Of a DNA stretch of 64,000 bases, positions 48,936 through 58,896 are shown in pieces. Within the stretch, counting starts at the first letter, position 1, and every line of letters starts with the position of its first letter. The notes beneath the pieces are model-generated. The model was not told the origin of the DNA, made no database searches, and saw only the letters and a list, made by a program, of their open reading frames with translations. Source of the DNA: Candidatus Magasanikbacteria bacterium GW2011_GWA2_56_11. GTDB lineage: Bacteria > Patescibacteriota > Patescibacteriia > Magasanikbacterales > UBA922. A program made the position numbers and the translations under genes. Location: the NCBI GenBank assembly GCA_001004885.1, contig LCRX01000003.1:1650-65649 (forward strand). The letters run 5' to 3'.

Positions 48936-49880
48936 ATGCCCGTCCTCATTTCCGGTTCCCTCGCCTACGACTACATCATGGATTTCCCGGATTCTTTCAA
49001 GAACCACATTCTCCCGGACCACATCCATATTCTGAACGTCTGCTTCGTCGTAGACCAGCTGAGCAAAAATCTTGGCGGCTGCGCGGGCAACATCGCCTAT
49101 ACCATGAAACTCCTGGGCGGCGAACCGCTGGTGATAGCGCCTCTCGGCAGCGACGCCGGCGAGTATCTGGCGCATTTTCAGAAACACGGCATTAACACCA
49201 AATACGTGCCGCTAACGCCGGACAAGCTGTCCTCCTCGGCGCACATTACCACGGACAAGGACGACAACCAAATAATCGCTTACTACAACGGCGCCGGAGA
49301 CGCGGCGGCGGATCTTAGCGTATCGCAGGTAACAGAACCGATCGACCTGGCTATCATCGCGCCCACCAAAAAGGACGCCATGATCCGCCACGCCAAAGAA
49401 TGCTACGAGAAAAAAATCCCTTTTGTCTTTGACCCCAGCCATCAGCTGACAGCCTTTGATCCGCGCGAGCTTAGTATGCTTATCGGCCAGGCGAAATTTT
49501 ACATCGCCAATGACTACGAAATGAAACTGACGGAAGAAAAAACCGGCTGGGACACGCTAGAGATGCTCAATCACGTGGAAGTGATCATCATGACACTCGG
49601 CGAACGCGGTTCGGTCGTTATTACCGGCAATGAACGCTTCGAGATCCCGTCGTGCACAGCGCTCTCGGTAGACGATCCGACCGGCGCCGGCGACGCCTAC
49701 CGGGCCGGTTTTTTTACGGCCTACTCCCAGGGTTTTGACCTCGAGACCTGCGGCCAGGTCGGGAGCCTGGCCGCCACCTATGCGGTCGAACACTACGGCA
49801 CGCAAAACCACTTCTTTACCCGCGCCAGCTTTGAGGAGCGTTTCCAGACAGCCTTCCGGAAAACCCTGGCCCTGGCCTAA
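48936..49880 (+). CDS. PfkB-family carbohydrate/nucleoside kinase (ribokinase-like)
   Basis: LGGCAGN and DPTGAGDAYRAGF motifs. Confidence 0.75.
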   Translation: MPVLISGSLAYDYIMDFPDSFKNHILPDHIHILNVCFVVDQLSKNLGGCAGNIAYTMKLLGGEPLVIAPLGSDAGEYLAHFQKHGINTKYVPLTPDKLSSSAHITTDKDDNQIIAYYNGAGDAAADLSVSQVTEPIDLAIIAPTKKDAMIRHAKECYEKKIPFVFDPSHQLTAFDPRELSMLIGQAKFYIANDYEMKLTEEKTGWDTLEMLNHVEVIIMTLGERGSVVITGNERFEIPSCTALSVDDPTGAGDAYRAGFFTAYSQGFDLETCGQVGSLAATYAVEHYGTQNHFFTRASFEERFQTAFRKTLALA

Positions 49881-49943
49881 CCCATTGTCGGGACAAAATA
49901 AAGCAGCTATACTACCGCTGCTTTATTTTTCTTCGCGTTTTTT

Positions 49944-50900
49944 ATGTGGCTTGCCCTCTTTCTCATTCTCATTGGCCTGGGCATATTGATTGCCGGCGGC
50001 GACGCGCTTGTACGCGGCGCTGCCTCGCTGGCCAAACGCCTGGGAGTGGCGCCGATAGTTATCGGGCTCACCATTGTCGCTTTCGGCACTTCGGCGCCGG
50101 AGCTTATCGTAAATATCTTCTCCGCCATCAGGGGAACCACCGACATTGCCATCGGCAACGTGGTCGGCAGCAATATCGCCAATATCCTCCTCATCCTAGG
50201 TGTGAGCGCTGTAATTTTCCCGCTGCGCGTCGGCAAAGGCACAGTGTGGAAAGAAATTCCGCTGGCGCTTCTCTCGGCTATCATGGTGTTAGTCTTGGCC
50301 AATGACGCCCGTCTGGACGGGCTAGATACATCGGCCCTTACCCGCACCGACGGACTGGCGCTAATCGCTTTTTTTGCTATCTTCATCTATTATACTTTCG
50401 GTGTTGCCAAGGCCGAAAACGGCGGCGACAGCCAGGTAAAAACATACAGCCACGCGTTTTCCCTGCTGTTTATTGTCGGCGGACTGGTTGCTTTATTTTT
50501 CGGAGGCAAACTTCTGGTCGATAATGCCATTATCCTCGCGCGGATGGCCGGCCTGTCCGAACTCCTTATCGGCACCACCATAGTCGCGGTCGGCACCTCG
50601 CTGCCGGAACTTGTTACCTCGGTAATAGCAGCCCTAAAAAGGCACGACGACATCGCTATCGGCAATGTGGTCGGCTCGAACATTTTTAACGTGTTCTGGA
50701 TTCTCGGCCTGACCTCCATCATGAAACCGCTGCCGGTTTTGCCCAGCATGAACGCGGACATCTTGGTCAACGTGGTCGCCACGCTGCTCCTGTTCAGCTT
50801 TATGTTCATTCACACCAAACACCGCCTGAACCGCTGGCAGGGCGTTATGTTTATAGGTTTGTATATCGCTTACACCACGGCCGTGATTATACGCGGTTAG
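49944..50900 (+). CDS. CaCA-family Na+/Ca2+ antiporter (YrbG-like)
   Basis: Two alpha-repeats: GTSAPEL...GNVVGSNIANILLILG and GTSLPEL...GNVVGSNIFNVFWILG. Confidence 0.8.
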   Translation: MWLALFLILIGLGILIAGGDALVRGAASLAKRLGVAPIVIGLTIVAFGTSAPELIVNIFSAIRGTTDIAIGNVVGSNIANILLILGVSAVIFPLRVGKGTVWKEIPLALLSAIMVLVLANDARLDGLDTSALTRTDGLALIAFFAIFIYYTFGVAKAENGGDSQVKTYSHAFSLLFIVGGLVALFFGGKLLVDNAIILARMAGLSELLIGTTIVAVGTSLPELVTSVIAALKRHDDIAIGNVVGSNIFNVFWILGLTSIMKPLPVLPSMNADILVNVVATLLLFSFMFIHTKHRLNRWQGVMFIGLYIAYTTAVIIRG

Positions 50901-50903
50901 GCT

Positions 50904-51473
50904 ATGCCAGGCTCTTTCAAAGATTATCGGTACACAATCGCTTTTGGCGTTTCTATCCTGCTGGCAGCGGCCGCCTACGCCTGGGGCTGGTTTGACAAGG
51001 TCGCCGATATACCCGGTTCATTCGGCTACGTTACCAGCTTTATTGCCGGTCTCATGTTCTCCTCCACATTCACCGCCGCGCCGGCGGCGTTTTTGTTTGT
51101 CGAATTTGGCAGCCATCTATCGCCGCTCTCTGTGGCCCTTGTGGGCGGGCTCGGCGCCATGGCCGGCGATCTCATTATGTACCGGTTTATCAAAAACAAT
51201 TTATTGAAAGAATTAAAAACTTTGGGCGCTCTGCTATTTTCGACCCGCAGCCGCGTCTACCTCGAAAGAATCTCCCGGCATCGGGTTTTTCTTTGGACCA
51301 CGCCGTTTATCGCGAGTCTGCTCATCGCCTCGCCTCTGCCGGATGAACTCGGCGTGGCGCTGTTCAGCCTCGTAAATTTTCAGCCCAAGTACCTCTCCCT
51401 AATTACTTTCCTGCTTAATGCCGCCGGCATATTTGCGCTGGTATTTTTCGGCCACACGCTCAGCCGGCCATAA
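50904..51473 (+). CDS. Hypothetical membrane protein
   Basis: ORF and hydrophobicity only. Confidence 0.4.
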   Translation: MPGSFKDYRYTIAFGVSILLAAAAYAWGWFDKVADIPGSFGYVTSFIAGLMFSSTFTAAPAAFLFVEFGSHLSPLSVALVGGLGAMAGDLIMYRFIKNNLLKELKTLGALLFSTRSRVYLERISRHRVFLWTTPFIASLLIASPLPDELGVALFSLVNFQPKYLSLITFLLNAAGIFALVFFGHTLSRP

Positions 51474-51569
51474 ACGCAAAACCACCCGCCTCCGGCCCCA
51501 ATATTCCGAACACTCGGAACATAGGGCTGAATCGGGTGGTTCTACGAAGGGGCGGGTATGAAGGGGGGG

Positions 51570-51758
51570 TCAAGCGGCCATCTCACCCGGCGTGGGCGAG
51601 TCGTCCGTCATCTCCCCGGACCAACCGGGCGGAACATCAAGCCCGATGTGGTCCAAGAGTACTACCACGGGGTAGTACGGCAGGAGTGCGAGCCATACAG
51701 CCCGCACGACCAGGGCCTGGGCGGCCTTTTTCATCACCCTCAAAACCCACATTGTCAT
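51570..51758 (-). CDS. Candidate small protein (about 62 aa) with a GGAGG RBS, in a GC-rich intergenic region
   Basis: The minus strand reads cGGAGGtgctccATGacaATGtgg. Several ORFs overlap here, so this call is tentative. Confidence 0.2.
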   Translation of the reverse strand: MTMWVLRVMKKAAQALVVRAVWLALLPYYPVVVLLDHIGLDVPPGWSGEMTDDSPTPGEMAA

Positions 51759-51839
51759 GGAGCACCTCCGTATTGAGCTTACCACCTTTTCCAGAATATA
51801 CAAGATGATTGGGTCCGGCGGCGACGGAACCGCGCACGC

Positions 51840-51868
51840 TTGCCAGCCGGCGCCAAATCGGCTATAAT
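51840..51868 (+). promoter_or_regulatory. Sigma70 promoter of ahcY (TTGCCA-17 bp-TATAAT)
   Basis: TTGCCAgccggcgccaaatcggcTATAAT, 29 nt upstream of the ahcY ATG. Confidence 0.55.
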
Positions 51869-51896
51869 CAGACTGTTTTTCTATTTTTATTAACTT

Positions 51897-53336
51897 ATGC
51901 CCGACTATAAAATAGCCGACATCAAACTTGCCGACTGGGGGCGCAAGGAGATGGACATCGCCGAACAGGAGATGCCAGGTCTCATGTCTATCCGAAAAAA
52001 ATACGCCCAGAGCAAACCCCTAAAAGGCGTCAAAATCACCGGAGCGCTCCACATGACCATCCAGACCGCGGTCTTGATCGAAACCCTCCGCGCGCTGGGC
52101 GCCAAAGTCCGCTGGGCGAGCTGCAACATTTTCTCGACCCAGGACCACGCCGCGGCCGCGATTGCCAAGGCCGGGATACCGGTCTTTGCCTGGAAAGGCG
52201 AAACGCTCGAGGAGTACTGGTGGTGCACCGAACAGGCCCTAAACTTCGGCCACGGAACCGGTCCGGATCTGATTGTAGACGACGGCGGCGACGCGACGCT
52301 TATGATCCACCAGGGCGCGGAAGTAGAGGCCAAACCGGCGCTGCTTGGCAAGAGCTACAAGCAAGAAGGCCCGGACGCGCAGGAACTGATGAAACTCCTT
52401 AAAAAGGAATACGCCAAAAACCCGACGCGCTGGACCAAGGTCGCCAAAAATGTCCGCGGCGTCTCCGAAGAGACGACGACCGGCGTCCACCGACTCTACC
52501 AGATGATGAAAACCGGCCGGCTTCTTTTCCCGGCCGTGAACGTCAACGACTCGGTAACCAAAAGCAAGTTCGACAATATCTACGGCTGCCGTCACTCGAT
52601 AGTGGACGGCCTAAACCGCGCCATGGACGTCATGCTCGGAGCCAAAACCGCGGTCGTGTGCGGCTTTGGCGAGGTGGGCAAGGGCTGCGCCCAGGCTCTG
52701 CGGGGCCAAGGAGCCCGCGTGATCGTAACCGAAATCGATCCCATCTGCGCGCTCCAGGCGGCGATGGAAGGTTACGAGGTAACGACACTTGAGGACACGC
52801 TCGGACGGGCCGACATATATGTTACCACTACCGGCAACAAGGACGTGATTACGCTTGAACACCTGAAACAGATGAAAGACCAGGCGATCGTGTGCAATAT
52901 CGGGCACTTCGACAACGAAATCCAGGTCGAGAAGCTTAACCGGGCCAAGGGAGTGAAACGGGTCAACATCAAGCCGCAGGTAGACAAATATATCTTTCCG
53001 GCCGCCTCCGTCAGTGCTTCGGGGAGCCGAAGCAAAAAAGAAATCTACCTTCTCGCCGAAGGCCGGCTGGTGAACCTGGGTTGCGCCACCGGACACCCGA
53101 GCTTTGTCATGAGCAACTCATTCAGCAACCAGGTACTGGCCCAAATCGACTTGTGGGCCAACCGGGACCGCTATGAGATCGGGGTCTACCGCTTGCCCAA
53201 ACACCTGGATGAAGAGGTAGCCCGGCTCCACCTGGAAAAGATCGGGGTCAAGCTCACGAAACTTACAAAAGATCAGGCGAATTATCTCGGGGTCGAGCAA
53301 AACGGACCGTACAAGCCGGAGCACTACCGCTATTAG
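51897..53336 (+). CDS. ahcY: Adenosylhomocysteinase
   Basis: N-terminus [27 protein letters not shown] and the NAD-binding [10 protein letters not shown]. Confidence 0.9.
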   Translation: MPDYKIADIKLADWGRKEMDIAEQEMPGLMSIRKKYAQSKPLKGVKITGALHMTIQTAVLIETLRALGAKVRWASCNIFSTQDHAAAAIAKAGIPVFAWKGETLEEYWWCTEQALNFGHGTGPDLIVDDGGDATLMIHQGAEVEAKPALLGKSYKQEGPDAQELMKLLKKEYAKNPTRWTKVAKNVRGVSEETTTGVHRLYQMMKTGRLLFPAVNVNDSVTKSKFDNIYGCRHSIVDGLNRAMDVMLGAKTAVVCGFGEVGKGCAQALRGQGARVIVTEIDPICALQAAMEGYEVTTLEDTLGRADIYVTTTGNKDVITLEHLKQMKDQAIVCNIGHFDNEIQVEKLNRAKGVKRVNIKPQVDKYIFPAASVSASGSRSKKEIYLLAEGRLVNLGCATGHPSFVMSNSFSNQVLAQIDLWANRDRYEIGVYRLPKHLDEEVARLHLEKIGVKLTKLTKDQANYLGVEQNGPYKPEHYRY

Positions 53337-53353
53337 ACGGCTTACCCATCGTC

Positions 53354-53380
53354 AAAGCCCCGACCTGGTCGGGGCTTTTG
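53354..53380 (+). terminator. Rho-independent terminator after ahcY (aaagccccgacc-tggtc-ggggctttt)
   Basis: A hairpin followed by T4. Confidence 0.6.
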
Positions 53381-53451
53381 CATGCCGGGTGGAGGGGAAT
53401 TGAAAAAATATCTAAAATAAGGTTAAATAAGGGATATTAATTACTCGTTTT

Positions 53452-54144
53452 ATGCCTATAAAAAGCTACCGCTATCTGGACATCATTACCATCGCCTTTG
53501 TAACCGTTCTCTTGCTCTCGAACATCATCGCCGTCAAAATAGTCTCGCTCGGGGCGCTCGCTCTTCCGGCGGCTGTTTTTCTCTTTCCGCTCTCCTATAT
53601 TTTCGGCGATATCCTGACCGAGGTCTACGGCTACGCCAAGGCGCGCCGGGTGATCTGGACCGGGTTGGCGGCCAATGTTTTTATGGCGCTCGTCTTTATG
53701 GCAGCCAGCGCCTTGCCGCCCGCCGCGCCCTGGCCGCTCCAGGAGGCGTTTGCGAGCATCCTCGGCCAGACGCCGCGGATAGTGGCCGCGAGCGTTATCG
53801 CCTATTGGGCCGGCGAATTTCTGAACTCGTACGTACTGGCCAAAATTAAAGTAAAAATGCAGGGCCGCCGGCTGTGGATTCGCACTATTGGTTCAACCGT
53901 CGTCGGCGAGGCGATAGATACCGCCCTGTTTATTTCCCTCGCTTTCGGCGGCGTTTTGCCCGGCAGTCTGGTTATTACGATTATGATCTCGAGTTATCTC
54001 GCCAAGGTAGCGCTCGAAATTATACTCACGCCGGCGACTTACGCCGTGGTACGGACTCTCAAGCGCGCCGAAGGCGAAGACTACTATGACACGGCGACTA
54101 ACTTTAACCCTTTTCACCTGCGTGATCGGTCGGCCGCATCCTGA
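53452..54144 (+). CDS. yhhQ: Queuosine-precursor transporter YhhQ/QueT-like (DUF165/VUT family)
   Basis: 6-TM protein with FPLSYIFGDILTEVYGY. Confidence 0.7.
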   Translation: MPIKSYRYLDIITIAFVTVLLLSNIIAVKIVSLGALALPAAVFLFPLSYIFGDILTEVYGYAKARRVIWTGLAANVFMALVFMAASALPPAAPWPLQEAFASILGQTPRIVAASVIAYWAGEFLNSYVLAKIKVKMQGRRLWIRTIGSTVVGEAIDTALFISLAFGGVLPGSLVITIMISSYLAKVALEIILTPATYAVVRTLKRAEGEDYYDTATNFNPFHLRDRSAAS

Positions 54145-54149
54145 TAATT

Positions 54150-55379
54150 ATGTTCCTGGACGCCTCCATTCTGATTCTTCTGATTGCTGCCTCAGCTTTT
54201 TTTTCGGCGTCGGAGATAGCCTTTGTCTCGCTGTCGAACGCCAAAGTGGATGACATGGTACGCCGCTCTGTCCCGCGATCCCGGCTTATCCAGAAACTTA
54301 AAAGCGAGCCGCGCCGGCTGCTTATTACCGTCCTTATCGGCAATAACCTCGTCAACATCGGCGCTTCTTCGCTCGCGACCGTGCTTTTTGCCCGGCTTTT
54401 CCAATCGACGGCCGTGGGTATAACGACCGGCATCATGACGCTCGCTATCCTAATCTTCGGGGAGATTGTGCCCAAGGCCTACGCCACAAACCACAACAAA
54501 AAAATCGCCGCTCTGGCGGCGCCGATTCTGCGCGCGCTCGCCTGGATGTTTCATCCGCTGGTGGTGATATTCGGGTATCTTACGACCGCTCTCGCCGGCG
54601 CCCCCAAAGAGGAGAGCATCACCGAAAATGAAGTCCGCGCGCTGGTATTGGCCGGGAGCCGGCAAGGAACAATTGAAAAAGAGGAACAAGCCATTATCGA
54701 GCGCCTGTTCGCTTTCAACGACATTACCGCCGAAGACATCATGACCCCGCGCGTCAATGTGGCCTATATCGAGGACGCATCCACCATCGCCCAGGCGGCC
54801 GCCGTGATCGCCCGCAATCCGCACACCCGCTTCCCGGTGGTGCACGAAACCCCGGACGATATTATCGGCTTCGTGCACTCGCGCGACGTTCTTTTGGCGC
54901 TTAACCAGGACCGGGACGCCGATCCGGTAACCAAAATTGTCCGGCCGATCATCGCCATCCCCAAGCAAATGCGCCTCGACGACCTAATGCGCGAATTCCA
55001 AAAGAAAAAAACCCACCTGGCGGTCGTGCTCGACGAGTTCGGCGGCACCGAGGGCATTGCCACGCTTGAGGACGTTATCGAGGAGCTGGTCGGTGAAATC
55101 ACCGACGAGTACGACGTGGACAAGCATTTTATCCAACGGCTCGACAAGAACACCATCATGGTTTCAGGCGACACTCTTATCCGCGATATCAACCACTTCT
55201 TCAATATTGCCATCCCGGGTGATCCGCTCGACACCATCGCGGAAGTTCTGCTCGACAAACTGCAGGTCGTGCCCCGTCCGGGGATGTCGGTCTCCTTTAC
55301 CGAGGTTACTGCCGCCATACACGAAGTGCGGCGGCGGACTATCGGCCTGGTGAAAATAATCAAGTCCAGTTCGGTCTAA
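54150..55379 (+). CDS. HlyC/CorC-family transporter (CNNM/DUF21 TM domain, CBS pair, CorC_HlyC)
   Basis: The domain order and the transporter-associated C-terminal domain. Confidence 0.8.
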   Translation: MFLDASILILLIAASAFFSASEIAFVSLSNAKVDDMVRRSVPRSRLIQKLKSEPRRLLITVLIGNNLVNIGASSLATVLFARLFQSTAVGITTGIMTLAILIFGEIVPKAYATNHNKKIAALAAPILRALAWMFHPLVVIFGYLTTALAGAPKEESITENEVRALVLAGSRQGTIEKEEQAIIERLFAFNDITAEDIMTPRVNVAYIEDASTIAQAAAVIARNPHTRFPVVHETPDDIIGFVHSRDVLLALNQDRDADPVTKIVRPIIAIPKQMRLDDLMREFQKKKTHLAVVLDEFGGTEGIATLEDVIEELVGEITDEYDVDKHFIQRLDKNTIMVSGDTLIRDINHFFNIAIPGDPLDTIAEVLLDKLQVVPRPGMSVSFTEVTAAIHEVRRRTIGLVKIIKSSSV

Positions 55380-55408
55380 AGCAAACTTCGGCCGCCAGGG
55401 CCAGGTAA

Positions 55409-56212
55409 ATGTCGGTTATGTCCAGAAAATATCTGGTGGCCTACGCCAACGGCCTGTCTAGCGCTTTTCAATACCGGCTCAACCTGGGGCTGTTGTTTGT
55501 CAGCCATCTGGTTAGCCTTTCGGGCCTGGTCTATCTTTGGCTAGCCGTTTACGCCGCCGGCGAGAGCCTGCCCGGCTACTCTTTGCCGGAAATAATTACC
55601 TACTACCTGGTGCTCACGGCTCTGCGCATTACCATAGCCGACGGGATCGGAATGGGGTTCAAAGTATCCGAAGATATTCGGGAAGGCCTGATTACCCATT
55701 ACCTCTTGAAGCCTTTCAGCTATTCTCTGGAACAAGGTCTGCTGCTCGCCGCCCAGGCCAGCATCAACCTGGTCTTTGCCTTGCCCCCGTTCATTATTTT
55801 GGGATTATTCATAAACCGGTTTATCGAGCTGCCCGACCTTGGCGATATCGCGGCTTTTGCGCTGCTGACGTTAATCGGCCTGATCTTTTATTACCTAGTT
55901 TATTTATTATCAGCTTTCTCGTCTTTTTGGATCGAAAAAGGCAGCACCGCTATCTATGCCATGATTGTCGTCAGCCTGCTCCTCAGCGGTTCGCTCCTGC
56001 CTTTGGATCTTTTTCCGGACTGGTTCCAAACCGCGAGCCGGTACGCGCCCTTTCAGTATCTCATGTACGTGCCGATCCAGGGATTCTTAGGCCAGATCAC
56101 CGACTGGAGCCGGACGCTGGCGGTTGCCGCAGTCTGGATAGTCCTTTTGGCGGCGGCAGCCCGGACCGTCTGGCTCCGGGGCCTCAAAAAATACGAAGCT
56201 GCCGGCCGGTAA
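55409..56212 (+). CDS. ABC-2-type-permease-like 6-TM protein, paralog 1 (type A, ends ...KKYEAAGR)
   Basis: About 260 aa. It is homologous to the next five ORFs, with N-terminus ...AFQYRLNLGLLFVSHL and C-terminus W...LRGLKKYE. Confidence 0.6.
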   Translation: MSVMSRKYLVAYANGLSSAFQYRLNLGLLFVSHLVSLSGLVYLWLAVYAAGESLPGYSLPEIITYYLVLTALRITIADGIGMGFKVSEDIREGLITHYLLKPFSYSLEQGLLLAAQASINLVFALPPFIILGLFINRFIELPDLGDIAAFALLTLIGLIFYYLVYLLSAFSSFWIEKGSTAIYAMIVVSLLLSGSLLPLDLFPDWFQTASRYAPFQYLMYVPIQGFLGQITDWSRTLAVAAVWIVLLAAAARTVWLRGLKKYEAAGR

Positions 56213-56215
56213 ATT

Positions 56216-57001
56216 ATGAAATACTTTTCTCTCTATCTCGCGTTCTTCCGGGCGAACTTGATGAAAGACATGGCCTACCGGGGCAACTTTCTTTTAGGCT
56301 CCTTGACTACGGCCCTGGAGTCGCTCATGGTCTATTTCGGCGTGGCGGTTCTTTTCCGCCACGTTACGACCATCGCGCAGTGGACCTATGAAGAGATGCT
56401 CATTCTCCTCGGGGTCTACATGATCAGCAACAGCGCGGCCTGGCTGCTCTTCCGGGCGGGCGTGTCCGATCTGGACCGGACAATTAACCGGGGCGACCTC
56501 GATTGGTACCTGGTCAAGCCGATCGATGCCCAATTCCTCTCCACCGTTACCCGCATAGATATAGAAGACGCGGCGCGCTCGCTGGTCGGATTGGTGCTGG
56601 TCGGTTTGGGCCTCTATCGAGGCACGGCCGAGGTAAGTTTCTGGAGACTTTTAGCCTTTGTCATCACTTTTCTGGCCGGCCAGGCGATCCTCTATAGCAT
56701 CCAGCTCGCTCTCAAAACCGTCAGCTTCAAATCGCTCCAGGGCTGGGCCACCAACAGCATCGCTTTCCGCTTTCACGATCTGGCGCAATACCCGACGGAT
56801 ATTTACCGCGGCCTCATGCGCGTCGTCTACACGTTCGTTTTGCCGCTCGCCTTCATCGCCACCGTGCCGGCCAAGGCGCTGATCGGCGAGATCACCGCCG
56901 GACTTTTCGCCCTCTCGCTCCTCATCGCCGCGGCCGCTCTGGCCATCACCCGCCTGATCTGGAAACGGGCGCTGCGGACTTATACGAGCGCGTCGAGTTA
57001 G
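56216..57001 (+). CDS. ABC-2-type-permease-like protein, paralog 2 (type B, ends ...RTYTSASS)
   Basis: Starts 3 nt after paralog 1, and carries the B-type C-terminus YTSASS. Confidence 0.6.
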   Translation: MKYFSLYLAFFRANLMKDMAYRGNFLLGSLTTALESLMVYFGVAVLFRHVTTIAQWTYEEMLILLGVYMISNSAAWLLFRAGVSDLDRTINRGDLDWYLVKPIDAQFLSTVTRIDIEDAARSLVGLVLVGLGLYRGTAEVSFWRLLAFVITFLAGQAILYSIQLALKTVSFKSLQGWATNSIAFRFHDLAQYPTDIYRGLMRVVYTFVLPLAFIATVPAKALIGEITAGLFALSLLIAAAALAITRLIWKRALRTYTSASS

Positions 57002-57150
57002 AGCCCACTCCAAAAATAATTCGGAGCCGGTTTTGAGCGAAAAATGTCCGGGTTGAAGTAGGCATAATGGTATTATGGCGACGAAACCCCGGAAATTTTT
57101 CGCTCAAAACCGGCTCGAAAATGAGCCAGAATTATTTTTGGGAGTGGGCT
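57002..57150. repeat. About 150-bp imperfect inverted repeat (45-57-nt arms flanking a 48-nt centre with a nested palindrome cataat-ggt-attatg), filling the gap between permease pairs 1-2 and 3-4
   Basis: agcccactccaaaaataattcggagccggttttgagcgaaaaat ... atttttcgctcaaaaccggctc[gaaaatgagccag]aattatttttgggagtgggct. Confidence 0.6.
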
Positions 57151-57157
57151 AAATAGT

Positions 57158-57949
57158 ATGAAACACAGAATTTTATTCAAAAACTACCTCAGCCATTTTC
57201 TCGCCTACCGTGCCCGGGTCGGTATCTGGGCCGTAACCGACGTCGCCGAGTTTCTCGTCTTCCCGTTTATCTGGCTAGCTGTCATAACCGATAATATCGG
57301 CATCGAGGGGTACGGCCGCGCCGACATTATAACTTACTATTTGATAGCCGCCTTCGTCAGCCTGGTCTTCACCTCGCACCCGGCGCGCAAAGTCAAAGAA
57401 GACATTATGCAAGGCGGCCTCAACGCCTTCCTGGTCAAACCCCTGGGGCATTTTAGCCGGCACCTAATTGAACAGGCTACATACAAAATTTTATCCTTAG
57501 GCATAGGATTGGGCCTCATGCTGCCGCTCGTCTACTTTCTGCCGGAATATACGTATCTGCCGCTATCCTGGACAACTTGGGTGTTTTTTACTCTGTCCCT
57601 CTTGATTGCGTTTTTTGTCTCCCACCTGTTGGAGTATACCCTCGGCCTCGCCTCGTTCTGGTTCGGCGAAATCCGGGCGCTCCAACACGTGCTTGAGATT
57701 GCCTCGATTTTGTTCTCCGGCCGACTGGCGCCCCTGGTGTTCTTCCCTCCGCTGTTCGCGAGCCTAGCCGAATGGCTGCCGTTTGCCGCTTTGGCGTCTA
57801 TTCCGGCGGACATTTACCTTGAACGGATGACCGCTGCCGAGTCAGTCGGTCAGTTGTCCATCTCCGCCCTTTGGCTATTCGTCTTGTCTGGCCTGGCCAT
57901 CCTCGCATGGAAAAGGGGCTTACGGCGTTATGAAGGTATTGGCATATGA
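57158..57949 (+). CDS. ABC-2-type-permease-like protein, paralog 3 (type A, ends ...RRYEGIGI)
   Basis: Homology to paralogs 1 and 5. Confidence 0.6.
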   Translation: MKHRILFKNYLSHFLAYRARVGIWAVTDVAEFLVFPFIWLAVITDNIGIEGYGRADIITYYLIAAFVSLVFTSHPARKVKEDIMQGGLNAFLVKPLGHFSRHLIEQATYKILSLGIGLGLMLPLVYFLPEYTYLPLSWTTWVFFTLSLLIAFFVSHLLEYTLGLASFWFGEIRALQHVLEIASILFSGRLAPLVFFPPLFASLAEWLPFAALASIPADIYLERMTAAESVGQLSISALWLFVLSGLAILAWKRGLRRYEGIGI

Positions 57950-58734
57950 GAAAATACCTCTTTATTTATCTAACTCTTTTAAAAAATGCCTTCTCGTACG
58001 AAGCACAGTACCGGCGTGACACTTGGCTGCATTTAGCCTCCAACTTTCTCTACCTTGGCCTGCTGTCCGCCACAATTGAAGTGGTTTTCCGGCATACGCC
58101 GGAACTTAACGGCTGGAGCCGGGAAGAGACTTACCTTTTAATGCTTCTTTGGATTATCGCCGACGAACTGTTTACCATGGTCTCCAAGCATAATCTCTGG
58201 AACCTGCCTGGCCTCGTTACCGACGGCGCGCTGGACGCCTATCTCACCAAGCCGGCAAATACCTTGTTCCTAGTCAGCACCAAGATATTTCTCATGCGCG
58301 CGGGATACCGCCTATTTATACAAATTGGATTCCTCGTTTGGCTGGTCTGGAGTTTTGATTTTGCTCCTTCCCTCTGGCACGGTGCTATGGCCATAGTTTT
58401 AGTGATAGGCGGCGCCTTGGTTCACTATTCTTTCTCGCTCATTCTCAATACTCTCAGTTTCTGGTGGCTCAGAATAGACAACATCAACGATGCCTGGGAG
58501 AGTCTGAGCAATATGGGCCGCTACCCACTCGGAATTTTTCCCAAATTTGTTCGCGTGCTTTGCCTCACTTTCCTGCCGATCGCGTTCATCGGCTATATCC
58601 CGGCTGCCGCCATGACCGGCCGGGCCGGGTGGTGGCTGATACTGTATGCGTTTGCCTTTACCGCGCTCATATTCTATTTCGCGGTCAGTTTCTGGAAGTA
58701 CGCCCTCCGGCGCTACACCAGCGCCTCGAGCTAA
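57946..58734 (+). CDS. ABC-2-type-permease-like protein, paralog 4 (type B, ends ...RRYTSASS)
   Basis: ATGA overlap with paralog 3, and the B-type C-terminus. Confidence 0.6.
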   Translation: MRKYLFIYLTLLKNAFSYEAQYRRDTWLHLASNFLYLGLLSATIEVVFRHTPELNGWSREETYLLMLLWIIADELFTMVSKHNLWNLPGLVTDGALDAYLTKPANTLFLVSTKIFLMRAGYRLFIQIGFLVWLVWSFDFAPSLWHGAMAIVLVIGGALVHYSFSLILNTLSFWWLRIDNINDAWESLSNMGRYPLGIFPKFVRVLCLTFLPIAFIGYIPAAAMTGRAGWWLILYAFAFTALIFYFAVSFWKYALRRYTSASS

Positions 58735-58896
58735 AACTTACTTCAAAATGAGGTCATCTCTGGCAAGCGGGGCCGGCAGATTAAATTTTGAGCTCCGAGG
58801 ACGAGTGCGAGAGCGAAGCGGGTATCCCTCCGCAGGAGCTCGTCCCGCGAGCTCACCTACCGGCTCGATTTCGCGCTCGGGCGCCTGCGCCACCTG

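Noticed and set aside
53386-53460. Possible preQ1 riboswitch upstream of yhhQ (A-rich cctataaaaagc near the start codon)
   Set aside because: The A-rich tract lies inside or at the start codon, and no P1 hairpin of a preQ1-I aptamer could be drawn. It is not supportable without a covariance-model scan.
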